Assembly (NCBI RefSeq): GCF_000150275.1
Contig: NW_002060957.1
Coordinates: 62,001 to 126,000, forward strand
Length of the DNA: 64,000 nucleotides
DNA from: Trichoplax adhaerens
Lineage: Eukaryota; Animalia; Placozoa
Direction of reading: 5' to 3'
The stretch's first letter is position 1. Each line of letters begins with the position of its first letter. The translations under genes and the position numbers were made by a program. Below the pieces are notes generated by a model that was given only the letters and a program-made list of their open reading frames with translations, was not told the DNA's origin and ran no database searches. Of this stretch, positions 23,629 through 36,722 are shown in pieces.

Positions 23629-26600
23629 ATGGGCTTAAGTCCATACCTTGAAAAAGTCATTGAAAATAATTATTATAAACTTTTAGCAAGAGTACCGATG
23701 AACGAATTATTCTCCGATCTAAAGTCCAAGCAGATTTTAACCGACGATCAAGTGAATGATTTGAAATATTATATTCGAAGGAAAGATCGAATAGACACCT
23801 TTATTAAAGCAATGAAAACTAGAGATGATGAAGATTTCTACCAATTCTGTCAAATATTACAGCAACATCAAGCTGCTACAGTGCGCAACTTAGGCAAAGC
23901 CTTGCGTGAAGAAGCTAAATCAATTTACGATATCCAATGTGGTAAGTTGCTTATTAATGAACTTTCTTTACGCTATGTAACTTTGGCATCCATTAGTCAT
24001 TTCCGATCCTATCCAACCACAAAATTAGTTATTAGATTATGGTATTGCTGTTTTTATTTAATTTGGATTGCAGAATAGCCCTGACTTAAGCACAATGTAG
24101 TCATCTACACAATCTAGCCTATGGACTAGTCACCAAATTGGGAACGTTACTATTTTTTTAATTTAGTTATGGAAATAATCCAAGCAATAAGTTAGTTGCA
24201 CAGATATCCTGTTTCTGTCGTTAACTTTATTCTAGACTGTAGATAGAGCTGAACTAATACAGTAGAATCATCTTTACTGTCTGAGCAGTAAATTAGCTAC
24301 AAAAGGCTGTGCTTCCTTTTTAAGTTTGATCGTGGAAACAGTGGAAAAGTGCTCACTTAAGAATGATATGCAATCATCTACCATGTCCAAGTCATGAAAT
24401 GATTGCTAAGATAGCAAGTTTCTGCCTTGAAATCATGGAAATCGAACAGCGCTTACTATTCGCGATACAATTATTCCTCACTTATTCCGTAGGCTGTTAA
24501 TGTCATGACATTATTCTAATCCTATAAATATAAATGATTTTTTTACTTTATTTGCCTTCATCATCTGCAACATTGGAGCAATAAAGTACTTACTAAGATA
24601 TTATGTTTCTGTCTTGAAGCTATAGAAATAGAATAGCGCTTAATAAGCATAATATAGTCTACCCCGATTATCCTATAGAGTATTGATATCATACAATTAA
24701 TTTAAGTCGGTGATGTCTTATAAATTATCCTTTTACTTTATTTGCTTTCGTCATTTGCAACATCAAAGTAATATAGTACTCTCTAAGATATTGTGCTTCT
24801 GCCTTGAAGTTATAGAAATAGAATAGCGCTTATTAATAAGCACGATATAGTCATTTCCACTTGTCTTTTAGAGTAATGATGCCATCAAATTATTCTAATT
24901 TGGTAATGTGCATATAAGTTATCCTTTTACTTTATTTTTCTTTCATTAGGTCGAGCCCCTCAAGCAGAATATTCAACACAAGGTACCTATAGGCTTACCA
25001 AGAGATTCTCATACGAGCATTATTCTTAAGTAGAATTAACAACTTTAGAAGCCGCTTCCTAATTTATAAACGTAGCTATTAAATACTACGATCAGAATGC
25101 TATGAAATAATAGCAAATTATGTCATTAAATTAATCTCATGAATAACTATTTGTACGATAAATGTGCGAATAGCTCAACAATATATCGATGTGGTTATTC
25201 TGCTAGAAATATATAAGTCAAGAATCTAAACACCAGTTTCATACATTAAACTATAATTAGCAGTAGTTTTGCTACATTATTCTTTGTAGAAGAGGTAGAT
25301 AGCTCTAGTAGTTCATATTCAATATCTACACAATATTAATTTTATCTTTTCACGTTAATAAAACTAGATTATGGCTTTTTCATTTTTTCTGTAAACAGTA
25401 TAGCACTATTAAAATAGTCAGATAGATGGAGAAGCTCATGTACGAGAAGTAATATACTAATTTTCCATTATAGATTTACTACACAATGTCCCGCAATTGC
25501 CCGAAAATCGCTATATCATACGTGAAGACTTTATTGACACTATTTGTAGTTATCTTGAAGATCTTAACTCCAGTAACGGTCATGTCTTGATTTATGGAAT
25601 ATCTGGCTGCGGAAAGACAACAAGCGTAGCTCAATCAGTCAAATTAATGATCGAAGAGCAAGATTGCTTTAAGCCACATGGTGTCTATTGGGTAAAAATA
25701 GGTACATACTTTAAGAATTTACAATAAAAAGTAATTTATAAATCCTAGATAGATCAAGATCTAACTATGAGTATTTTATAACGAGTTTCCCATAAGTAGT
25801 TGGATATAAAATGTTTACATTCGTCTAACTTTTCATGTAGTCGGAAAGCTAATGCATAGTGGTCATTTATTTCTTCCATAATGATGTAGGCGATATTCAG
25901 GAAGATGAATTACTCTACATATTGATAAATCTATGTCATCAACTGGATATTCAGTGGGATCGCCAGCCACAAAGCTTAAAAGAAATGGATGCTTATTTAA
26001 GACGCTATTTTCGAGGTAAGAAATTATTTTTGGTGGGCATATTTTTCGAAGTAAATTCTTGATATTAGCGTACAACAATCGATTAGCACTTTCAATCTAG
26101 AGTACTGACTAATTACTGTATTGACTGAAATTGAATATACTTTAAATGGACGTTATGTTCTAGGCCATAAAAGCCAATCGGAAATTATCTTTGTCTTTGA
26201 CGATGTCCGAAACGGAATATTCTTCGATTATTTAGCATTTGCAAATAAATCCATTGTTATTACTCCATTACTTTATCCCCAAACCCGAGAAAATTACGAT
26301 CATATTAAAGCTCCGGTAATTATAGTAATCGACTTGCTAATATAACTTGAAATTGAAATAGAATCATTAATTAATCAACACTTCAATTACAAAAATACAT
26401 TACATTAATGGCATTTAACTTGACCTTATAAACTACAAATTTATAAATGTACTATATCTATTTAAAGTATCATGGCTTATCAGGTCTAAAGTAGGACTAT
26501 GAAAAGTTCCGAAATCTGTCAATATATTATGAAATCTGCTTATTCGGATCAAATTGATTATACTTTACATAATTAACATAAGATGAGAGAGATATAAATA

Positions 26601-29600
26601 CTATAAGATTGTCATATCTATTAAAGAAGTTTATTTTACAACCAAATTGTCATAGTACAAGATAAAAAGTTATCTTCTGACCATAGTAAACTGGCGATAC
26701 AAAATATTTTTTAGCTACTACTGGTATAGTTTCTGACAATATCTCTCTACAACTAGGAGCAATTTACCTATCAAGAAGCTATACAAGTATTGGCTTTATA
26801 TCAAAATAAAAGATATACTAAGAAATTACGCCAAAATGAATTAGTCAAACAAATCCTAGAAAATATTCGATATTTACCTCTGGCAGTTGTCATTCTAGCT
26901 GGTTTGCGTCTCAAAACAGATCAAGAATGGCAAGAAGTACTGGCCAAGACTGAAGTTCAAGATAGTAGTTTTAAACTAAAATTTGTGGAATATAGATTTA
27001 ATTTATTTGAGATCATCACCATATGTATTAATAAATTAGATATTAAGAAAAGGGATTTATTTAGACAACTTGGGGTCTTTAAAAGAGTTAAGATTCCAAT
27101 CCATTCCATCATGTGCTTATGGCAATGCAATCAAAATGAAGCTGTAGGCCTATTGGAAGAATTAGATAGCAGATGTTTACTGAAATATCATTGCAATAAA
27201 AACAACGAACGGTATGAAGATTTATATAATATCTGTATCTTTTAAGCCAGATTTTTATTCGACGCTTAGAATAGCGTCATATCTTCAAATGTACTAATGT
27301 AAATAGAAAGAAATTTAATGGTTTATTCAAAATCCTAACTTCTGTATTAGCTCTAGAAAGATATTTGTTTAGATTAGCAATCGGCATGATTCTATGGATA
27401 GGTTCATCATTGTGCAGTACCAGTATTTATTCTATTTGCACATTTCTCTATTTCCATCTGCAATATTTCAAACAAATTAAAGTTTTATTCCAATCGCTAA
27501 TATCTACATTTGCTACCTTGCCTTAGTCAGCATCTTCTTTAACACATATAGAAATCGATACGCTTTGTAATAATATTAACTTAATCTTTTCCAACTTGCA
27601 ACAAACCTATTCTAGCAACGTATATTCTTGTCATCCTTCTCAGATCTTCCCTATTTTACTTCTGTTGCCAGAAACTACTGTATATTACATGAGAAAATCA
27701 TAGACTATTTGCAGCAGCCAATCGATTCGCAGCAATCACAACAATCTTACGTGAAGAAACTGCATCAAACACTGATCGATTCTTATGTTAAGCTGTACGA
27801 CGGGAAATGGTCTACCTATCCGGATGATGGCTATTTCTATCAATATATCATCTATCATGCCATTCAAGCCGATGATGATAGCATTTTAGCAACATTAATG
27901 ACCGATTTCAACTGGATGATGAATAAATTGAAAAAATTTAAATCATTGAGCAACCTACGCTTAGATCTAATAGATTATATCAACTATCTTAAGTTGAAGA
28001 ATAAGGTCAGTTTATGGAAATAAATTGATGCTAATTATTTATTGCAACTATAACTGTATTCGATCCTGCCTTTTTATTATAATTTGATACACCATAATCT
28101 TTTTAATAGAATCCTGATTCATTCGAAGAATTGCTTGATCTATTACAACAACACGAATTTTACCTAGACAAAGAATCAATGAATTTAATCCAATTTTTGT
28201 TATATTGTGCCAAGAAAGACAGTTGGATTGTTAGTAAAGCTACACAAATAGCAAATAAGAAAGTGAATATGGGTAAATACTGGACGATTACAAAGTAAGT
28301 TGTTGTAAATATCTTATAAACACTGTTATCAACTAGTAATGGTAGTTTAAAGCGGATTTTTATTTGAATTAATGCTATGATATATTATGGTTTAGATATC
28401 CCCAAAATAAAACCGACGATAGTCCTTGGATTGAGTCCAAAACTATAGATACCAACAGTGGCTTGATATTGCCAAAGTGTTCAAGGCCTCGAAATGGAGA
28501 CATAAAAATAATCTACGCTAACAATAATAGATGGAGAAAAGATTGTACTATCGTTGTAAGTCTATACGGTACTGCATATAAAAATTGAGTTAAGATTTAG
28601 CCTCTAAATCAGTCACGATTGTTATAGCGCTGGTCTAAAGTTCTCTAATCACGATAACATAAAAGTATTGTAAGATCCTTCCTACATTTAGCAAATATCT
28701 TATAACTGTATCATGTCGTATTACTAGGTTTCCGATTATGAAACATCCAAAATCAAAGTAAAATTCAGCCTTCCTAAAACCTATGTCTTTGAAGTCAGAA
28801 TATCATCTGATGCGAATATTATTGCTTACTTAATGTCCAGAGATCGAGTAAGTTTCCTTTAATTTTACTTCATTGTCTTACAGTAACATTTTATAGCAAC
28901 TATTTATTTCTTTTAAAATGGGAGATTATTAATTAAATATCTATAGATAATTGTTGGTAATTAGCATTAGTAAATTTAAACTAATTTTTCGTATCATTAT
29001 TTAAGAATGTCGAACAAAATTTCAAGATTGTATGCCAATCACAATTCCCTGATAAATCCATTTTAAAATAATATAAATGAAGATTGCTGATTACCGATTA
29101 GGATATATCGGCTTTGCACTACACATCTGCTACAATTCAATAGCAGAAATAGGGTTGCAATAATACTATGACACCATGCTTATAATTCTATATAATATAA
29201 CTAGAATCTCATCTAGATAGAAGTAGCTGCATAACAACTACTTCTGTATCACAGTGTGATGGAGGGTTCGAAGAGTCAGATAATGTGGTTTTAGTTGCCA
29301 TGTAGAGAATTGCACAAGGAGCTTAAGAAAAGAGGATACTTTATTGTAGACAGTAGTTAGGTACAATGTGATAATTACAGTAGGTCAGCGTGGTAGCTGC
29401 CGTGAGTAAAGTGTGAATACTAACTGTGACTAATAATGCAACTTAAGAAGTCTAAGGTAGAAAACGGCGGTATTTATAGCTATGGCATTAGAACACATGC
29501 AGAGAACATGATTGTAGGATCAGATACAACATATACCATAACAGGTTATAGAATAGCAGATGATTGTACTGTAGAAAATAGCGAGGACTGTAATAACTAA

Positions 29601-32600
29601 ATGTAGTAAGCCACATTTGAATGTAGAGCGAACGGACTGTAGATATGTCTAAATATAAGATCAAAACAGCATGTCTATATTTAAGAGTAGAATATAGTTA
29701 CAGTATATTCTAAATACACTACACATAGCCAATGTAAATATGGGCAGTATTTTATATTGTCTAGGAAACAGAAATAGATGAGGAATAGATTAAAAGTGTA
29801 AAATATAGAAAACAATCGAGCTATATTTAATGAGCTAAAGAAATGTACAATCTATAATATTTAAAGCCCGCAAAATTATGTAAAATCGAACAAAAACCTA
29901 AAACTATAAAGCAGGACTGCCCTAATAATATCAGGGATACTATTCTCATTATGTGTTATTTTATTTCATATCGTATTATCTAATACTCTATTAATGTATC
30001 TTTAGCGAGAGGAATGGGAAATTCATAATATTGGTACTAGACAACGTCTACAAGCTATTAAGCAAGATGGTTCCAAAATACCTGTCTTAGATTGGAAAAA
30101 ATTAGAATTCTGCCCAATTATACCTGGTTATCCTGTAGCAATGACCGTGTCAAGAGACCGTAAAGATATCGCTGTAAGTTATTTCTAAAATTAAAGTAAT
30201 AAGAGAAGTGAGGCAAATAAGTTTGCCATAACCTCTAAATTTAATTTAAACCTGTAAAGTTCTGTAACAGATATGCGATATTAAATACTACTTATCACCA
30301 TTTTGATAACTTAATAAAATAATTGTTGGCAGATATGGAAAATCCAAGGAAGAGAAATGAAGCATACTGGCAAATCTATTTCCTATCTTCACCAAATTGA
30401 ACGATGCGAATTTGTTCAGAATAGCAGTAAGATATTGATTTGGTGGCGAAAATATAATAGCTATCGGCTTCGCTTACAAGATGATAACAGCTGGATCAAT
30501 GAATGTCAGATCGAGGTAAGTAAATAATTAGGACTTCCGTTTAACTAATCATAGTAAGAGTAACATCAGTTGTATATTGTTAGGTTTGGGATATCCAAGA
30601 TTGGAATCATTATCAATCATTTGAAGTTCCAGGATTTATCCAATATGATCATGGGCAATTTACTGCTGGCAAAAGTACTCTTAGCTGTTTAGAATTAGCA
30701 ACAGTAAAATATATCGATCTTGAATGTACATCCATTATAGCATCCTACGGCGATACTCTATTACAGCTCTTCTCAAATGGAAATGAGGATAAAAGAATTA
30801 GTAATTCCAATCGAGATCTAACCAATTCTCTTAAAGTTATCTATCAAAGCGAGAAATACATTGCAGATATTGTCATATCTGATGATCATCTACTAATTGC
30901 TGTTCGAATGCATCTAGAACCAAATATCATGGTATAGTAAATACTATAGCATTCTATAATATCAAGGTTCATTTTTGTACATAATTTGATGTCTATTACT
31001 TTGATTTTGCAGATCTTCAAGATGGAAAAGAATGCTATTAACTCTTATTCAACTATTCATTGCGTCCAAGACGCAAAAACCGATTTAGTCGATGGTAATC
31101 TTCATTTGATATTCATTCCAGGCAGCCATGACCTCTTAGTTTATAACCAATATCCAATGTATTGCTTATATCGCTATAATCTAGAAGGTTAGCAACAAAT
31201 ATGGAAATCATACTATGTAACTATGTCGCCCTGTTTAAATATTAAAATAGAAGATAGTGATGCCCTTATAATTTTAAATAGCTACCAATTTGGATTGGCA
31301 ATCTGCAGAAGAAGCGATATTAAGTGATCGTCAAACCTCCATTGATAAATGTAATTCTGTTATTATCGATTCAAGCCATGCATTTGTCCATGATATTCCC
31401 ATTATAGCTAAATTGGTGGTTAATAAGCAGGATGGCAGCTGCAGATTAAAGGTAAAAAATTTAGAATTTTATATTTTAAACTATAATAGCAAATGGAATG
31501 ATAAAGCTAAATCATTGATATCGATTTTGGCCAATAAGACTAACGACTACTGTAATGAACTCTAGGTTTACCAGGGTGAAGGATTAGAGCAAATTGCAGA
31601 TTATAAATTAGCTCAGCCCTATCAGCGATGTTTCCTATATGATGATTGCGATTTTCTTATCCTGGTGACGATGCATACATGTCACAAGAAGCAATGCGTT
31701 AATGGTCACTTAGAATCTCATCATTGGCATATTATTATTACCCAGGTAAGATTACTGAGTAACTGATTCGCAATTATGTAGTGCCCTCTATAGCCAGAAA
31801 TGGAGGCTAACGCATATTTTTAGCTAACCTTAGCATTTGAATAATTTTCTTCTTGAAATTCTCCCATATTTGCACCTTGTATTAAAGGTTTACTAGCTTA
31901 CAAACATGCTAAAGAGCACCAAATCGTTAACTATAAGCATCTGTCTTCTCAATAGTTATATCACTCAAGAGGCAACTTGCAGCAGAAACAGCAAATTAAT
32001 CATACGTTAAGAGACGATCCAGAACGTCTCATTCTGAAGGAATCGAAACATAGAATATCCGATAATACTTTAATTTTTGTCTTTTATGCAGAGGTAAAAC
32101 ATTTACCAAGCATAGCACTGGATTAACGTAAAGATGAATAACAGAGTTGCTATTAATAAATATTGTAATGCTAACTTACTGTAGAATGGGCTCAAAATTT
32201 TTAATAAGCTTCTTTAGACAGTTAAATATCGATAGTTGTGATCTAAATCAATTCCGTATGTCGTTAGGATTATGTTTCTCACTAAAAATAAGTTTTCTTT
32301 TCTTTTATTGCGTATAGTACGAAGATGAAAGTCGGCCATGGATTGTTATGATGGTCAATCATGTCAGCGGAGATTCTATGATTTATTTTGATGATGATTA
32401 TCCCCTATATGAAGATATGAAGATCGTATTTTGCAATAATTACAATCTGGTGACCTATCAGAAGATTAGAAACAGTCAAGAACTAGCTATCGAGGTAATT
32501 ACAGCACGTATTTTATTATTGCATACTCAAAAAATGAATTATAATATCCTTTTTGCAATAGTGGTATAAATTGGGCGATGGCATAAATATTAAGCACTTT

Positions 32601-33338
32601 AAAACCTACAGCTATCATATTCAAGATCAATTAGCCTGTAAAATTGTTGTTCCTATAAGCAAAAGAGCAGACGATCTTGAGATAGGACTACTACCATGGA
32701 ATCGTTTAAGGCAAATTATGGCAGGTGCAAGATACGATTCCATGTCGTAAGTTTACTACGTAATATAAACGGATAAATTGATCTCTACCATTAAATCTTA
32801 TGTATTTATGACCTTAAAACGTGCCTTATATTCTCTATATTTTGAACAACTCGGCAGATTGGAAAGGCCATTTAAGCGAGAAATTAAAGTTACACAATCG
32901 GCTAGAGCTAATGAATGTTTCGTTATCGAAAAGGGAAACGTAATGTCGGTAAGAATAAGTTTAGATTGCAGTTTATTGCGATCTATCAATGAAAGAATCC
33001 TTCGATATTTAATATTAATGACTATGTCATAATAATTATCTTAGATGTTTTACTTGGACGATGAATTATTAGTAAAAAGCTACAAGGATGCTAGAAGAAG
33101 ACAACTGGATATCGAGATTGCTGATGTAGATAATTTGTGGACTGATAAATATTTAGTAGAAAAACGTAATGATCATATTTACTTTTACGATAAAACAACT
33201 CTTCAACTCATGCATGTTTTACAATCGCCACACATCAAATGTAAAAGAATCAAGGGTAATCGGCAACAATCTTTATTTATATGCCAAGATGATGAACGCC
33301 AATATAGTATAATCAAAAGAATTGAGGGAAATAAATGA
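23629..33338 (+). CDS. Apaf-1-like STAND protein (CARD, NB-ARC, helical domain, divergent WD40-like propeller), 21 exons, ~1400 aa. Exons about 23629-23941, 24950-24982, 25474-25701, 25890-26015, 26164-26315, 26757-27211, 27672-28005, 28110-28294, 28396-28555, 28728-28847, 30006-30173, 30333-30515, 30584-30931, 31013-31187, 31282-31451, 31566-31745, 31956-32093, 32318-32494, 32562-32746, 32858-32948, 33045-33338
   Basis: CARD-like exon 1 (LKSKQILTDDQ...FYQFCQIL), VPQLPE, Walker A GISGCGKT, VYWVKIG, Walker B FVFDDV, YLPLAV, LHE and DGYFYQYIIYHAIQA...DFNWMMNKL. All exons join by GT-AG in one open frame. Confidence 0.85.
24410..24949. repeat. ~188 bp tandem repeat x3 in intron 1 of the Apaf-1-like gene
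   Basis: ttctgccttgaa...gaaatagaatagcgctta at ~24420, 24607 and 24797. Confidence 0.85.
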
Positions 33339-35034
33339 ATTGATCATTTGATATTCAACGATGATAGAAGATAGAAAAAGTAAATACTGGCTATCAACGG
33401 AAGGCTACTTCAGCATTCCAATTGTAGAGATAGGAATATTAAGAAAGTGGTCATTGCTATACTACGAAACTGTCGATTGATGGCATTTACTACTAACTTA
33501 ATTGAGGAATAATGAATGATATTGGTATAAAATTTTCCCTAAATGCAAAGCCATCACTGAACTTATCTAAATAGTCAAGAGCAACCTTCAAATCAAATTT
33601 GATGGTAATGGGCTTGGGCCAATAAAATTGTCATTAAAAACCTGGTAGCCTATTATGTGGTAAAATAATAACGGCGGCTATCATGCATCCTGCAATAGCC
33701 CACCAGACTAACTTAAGTAGATTAATATGGATCTTATAAGAAAACGAAGCTGACTTTTTTATTGTCAATATTGGACGATGTCTATCACTTAATAAAGTGA
33801 ATTCAATGCTAGCTTCTATATCATAATTAAGATTGTAAAATATGAACTGAGAGCGCTTATAATAAGACAAAATTTAAGTTTTAGGTAGATACTTATACCG
33901 ATTGGATTATCTGTACAATCGCAATTACCTTGGTAATGGAGTAATATTTAATTATGCGAATTATTTAAACTAATCAGACTTATTTTAAGAATTCAAATAA
34001 ATTCATCTTACAGAATAAACCAATCTGATTATGATCGAAAGTAAACGCAATGTTGTATGATAATGGTATTATTAATATTACAGTTGATTAGCTGGATTAA
34101 TGCACGTTTGTGTAATTATGCTTGCAGAGACTACAGAATTTCGAATGTGGAAGTTAGCTTTAATAGTAGCGTACCGCACTAAAACTTATCCATCCTATTA
34201 GCTATGTTTAAGCTTAGATCTAGAGAATGATATTGTATCCAATAGTCTAGTTAATCTTCTTAGATTGAGTATCTTAATGCGAAAGTATTCATCACTATTC
34301 CACTAACGTACATGCAATTGTAGATTAACTTTCGTTTAATAAATTTCGAAACTTTCGTAATTGATTTGTAATTGCGAATGTTGCTCGTTAGTAACTGATT
34401 TTGTAGTTTTCATGAGTAAATAGCGTTGGTCGCATTAGTCGAGATAAAGTAAAAGCAGCTCGACGTTGTAAATGTTTGTCTGTGCGACTGCAGTCTAGAA
34501 GGGTAATTCTAGGTCGAAACTGAAAATAGTAGTTGATAGTACCAACTTAGAAGAGCAGAATACTTTACTTTGTCCTTTATTAGGAGCGTAGTTCGTGACA
34601 AGTGAAGATATTATCCTAATTCTCATCTTCGGTTTAAAAATAAGGACAATAATTCTACTCTTCCCGCCTATTCAAATAAATATCGTTTAGTTAATACATT
34701 CCCTTAATAATTATGTCAATTATGATAGTTGCTATTGCAATTTATAAGATGATACAAGTAATATCGCTAGAAATAAATAATTGAATGTATAATATAAATC
34801 TTAAGCTACTAAAAAATTTTTCATTTTCTGAAGTGATAAAAGTCATCACTTAAAAATCATTATGATCTACTGCCTGACTGACACCAAAACGATATATAAA
34901 AATGACGATTCTCTGTCTTATAGTAACAATCATATTATATATTTCGATAATTGCAATCACGTTATTAGTCAGACATTGCTCGATGACTGGAACCGCTACG
35001 TAGTTAAGGTAAAATGATATCAACTTCTCTAGAC

Positions 35035-36115
35035 GAAGTAAATACAAATGAGGACCTTTCAATAAAATTTATCAACAATGGACCGATTAAGGAACTAAAT
35101 TTGCAACTTATTAAATAGGTCATGAAAATATTGCAATATAAAAATGCAATTGTAGTTACTTAGTATCCCAAGTTTAGCTCAAATGCAGCACTTCATCTCG
35201 GCATTTTCATCAACGCATCAAGTTAGCCTATCAAGAGAAATAGGTGACGCTTACTACCGTGTATTTTAAATAAAAATAACTTGTAAAATCATTTACTGTT
35301 TACCGCTCCACGAATGTTATAGTATCAAATATGAATCAGTAAAAGATTATCATTATTGCATGTGGATAAAATCTATAAAGTCAATCTCGCTATATTTTAT
35401 AAATCTCTACCGGCATCTTTAATATACGTATAAAATCCATTTAAGGAAAAATTTGCATTATTTCGTCCTGATATTTTCGAACGTACTCGCTGCAAGAACA
35501 AATTGAATGTTATGACAGTTAAATAGGTTCAATGCATAACAAATAGGGTCAAAAATCTATTTCATGAATCATTTATTAAATATTGCAGGATGATATATTT
35601 CATTCTGAAGGCAGGTATACATTAAAGACTTCCGATTATAAAATCCACTATCCCTAATAATATAATTTGAGATGCAGGGCTGCCGGAGAGAGAGCGAAGG
35701 GAGATTGATCGTAGTAAATCTCATAATTTCTTTTTAAAAACTACACCTCTATCACTATAACATTCATTAGGTCCCAGTACAAAAAGGAAAGACAGAGAGC
35801 TCATGTAACTAATAGTACTTAGTTAATGATGTTTGAGATAGCAAGTTCTAAACTAATAATTATAAGAGATTTAACTGCGTATTGATAACTGAGAGACTAC
35901 AAAAAGATAGACATATCAAGCTAGTTTGATAACTGTCAAAGTAAATACAAACGAGACACCATTTTATAAAGCTTACCAACAATGGATCGATTGAGGAACT
36001 AAATTTTGCAATTTATTAATAGATCATGAAAATATTGCAATATAAAATGGCAAGAGTATTCATTTTGTATCACCGAGTTTAACCGTAAGAACAACACATC
36101 CTCTAGGCATTCGTT
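35035..36115. repeat. Dispersed direct repeat of ~175 bp (35035-35210 and 35940-36115)
   Basis: Shared caacaatggaycgattraggaactaaattt..gcaa...catgaaaatattgcaatataaaa. Confidence 0.8.
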
Positions 36116-36722
36116 TATCTTAACATAATAAATCTGGTCAGAAATTCTAAAAGATATGATTCAGGTGATAACTTAGCAGAAATAAAGCAGTGACTGTATC
36201 TAAACATACCAGATATTTCCCAGACTGGTCCATTTATTATTGGTTTAAATGTAAAAACAAAACATAAAAACAGTTGATGATTATAAATTATTTCGATCAA
36301 ATACAGCTAACACGACAAATTCAGATTTTTTACTCTAGCGATGGCACTTTCAATGAAATGGGAAGCACTTCCTGCATTTATGGATCCCCTTATTAAGTCT
36401 TAGAGTAAAACGTTTAAATCTTTGATAGTTAATTAACTCCGTGAAACCAAGCCATGCATCCAGTTGCTGTAACTGCTATAATGCTATAATGTACTACACC
36501 AAGCAATAATGATATATCATGAATTGCCAACATTCACATTTTGATGTTAGCACGCTACAAATCTCCTGCATTTCATCAAGAAAAATTTTTAAACGAACAA
36601 AAAACTGATTATCACCTATTCGATAATTGTACTCTTCAGGAAGTTACTTATTAACCTAACATTACCAATGATTCTGTATGGTATAGAATTCCATTTCGTC
36701 GTGTTAGATAAACTAAGATAAT

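Noticed and set aside
31888-31955. Apparent stop or pseudogenisation in the Apaf-1-like gene
   Set aside because: Using the acceptor at 31954-31955 keeps the frame open.
33634-36300. Short 60-95 aa ORFs here and at 42239, 43056, 43864, 50162 and 50718, plus antisense ORFs within genes
   Set aside because: No motifs, low-complexity AT-rich translations, often non-ATG starts.
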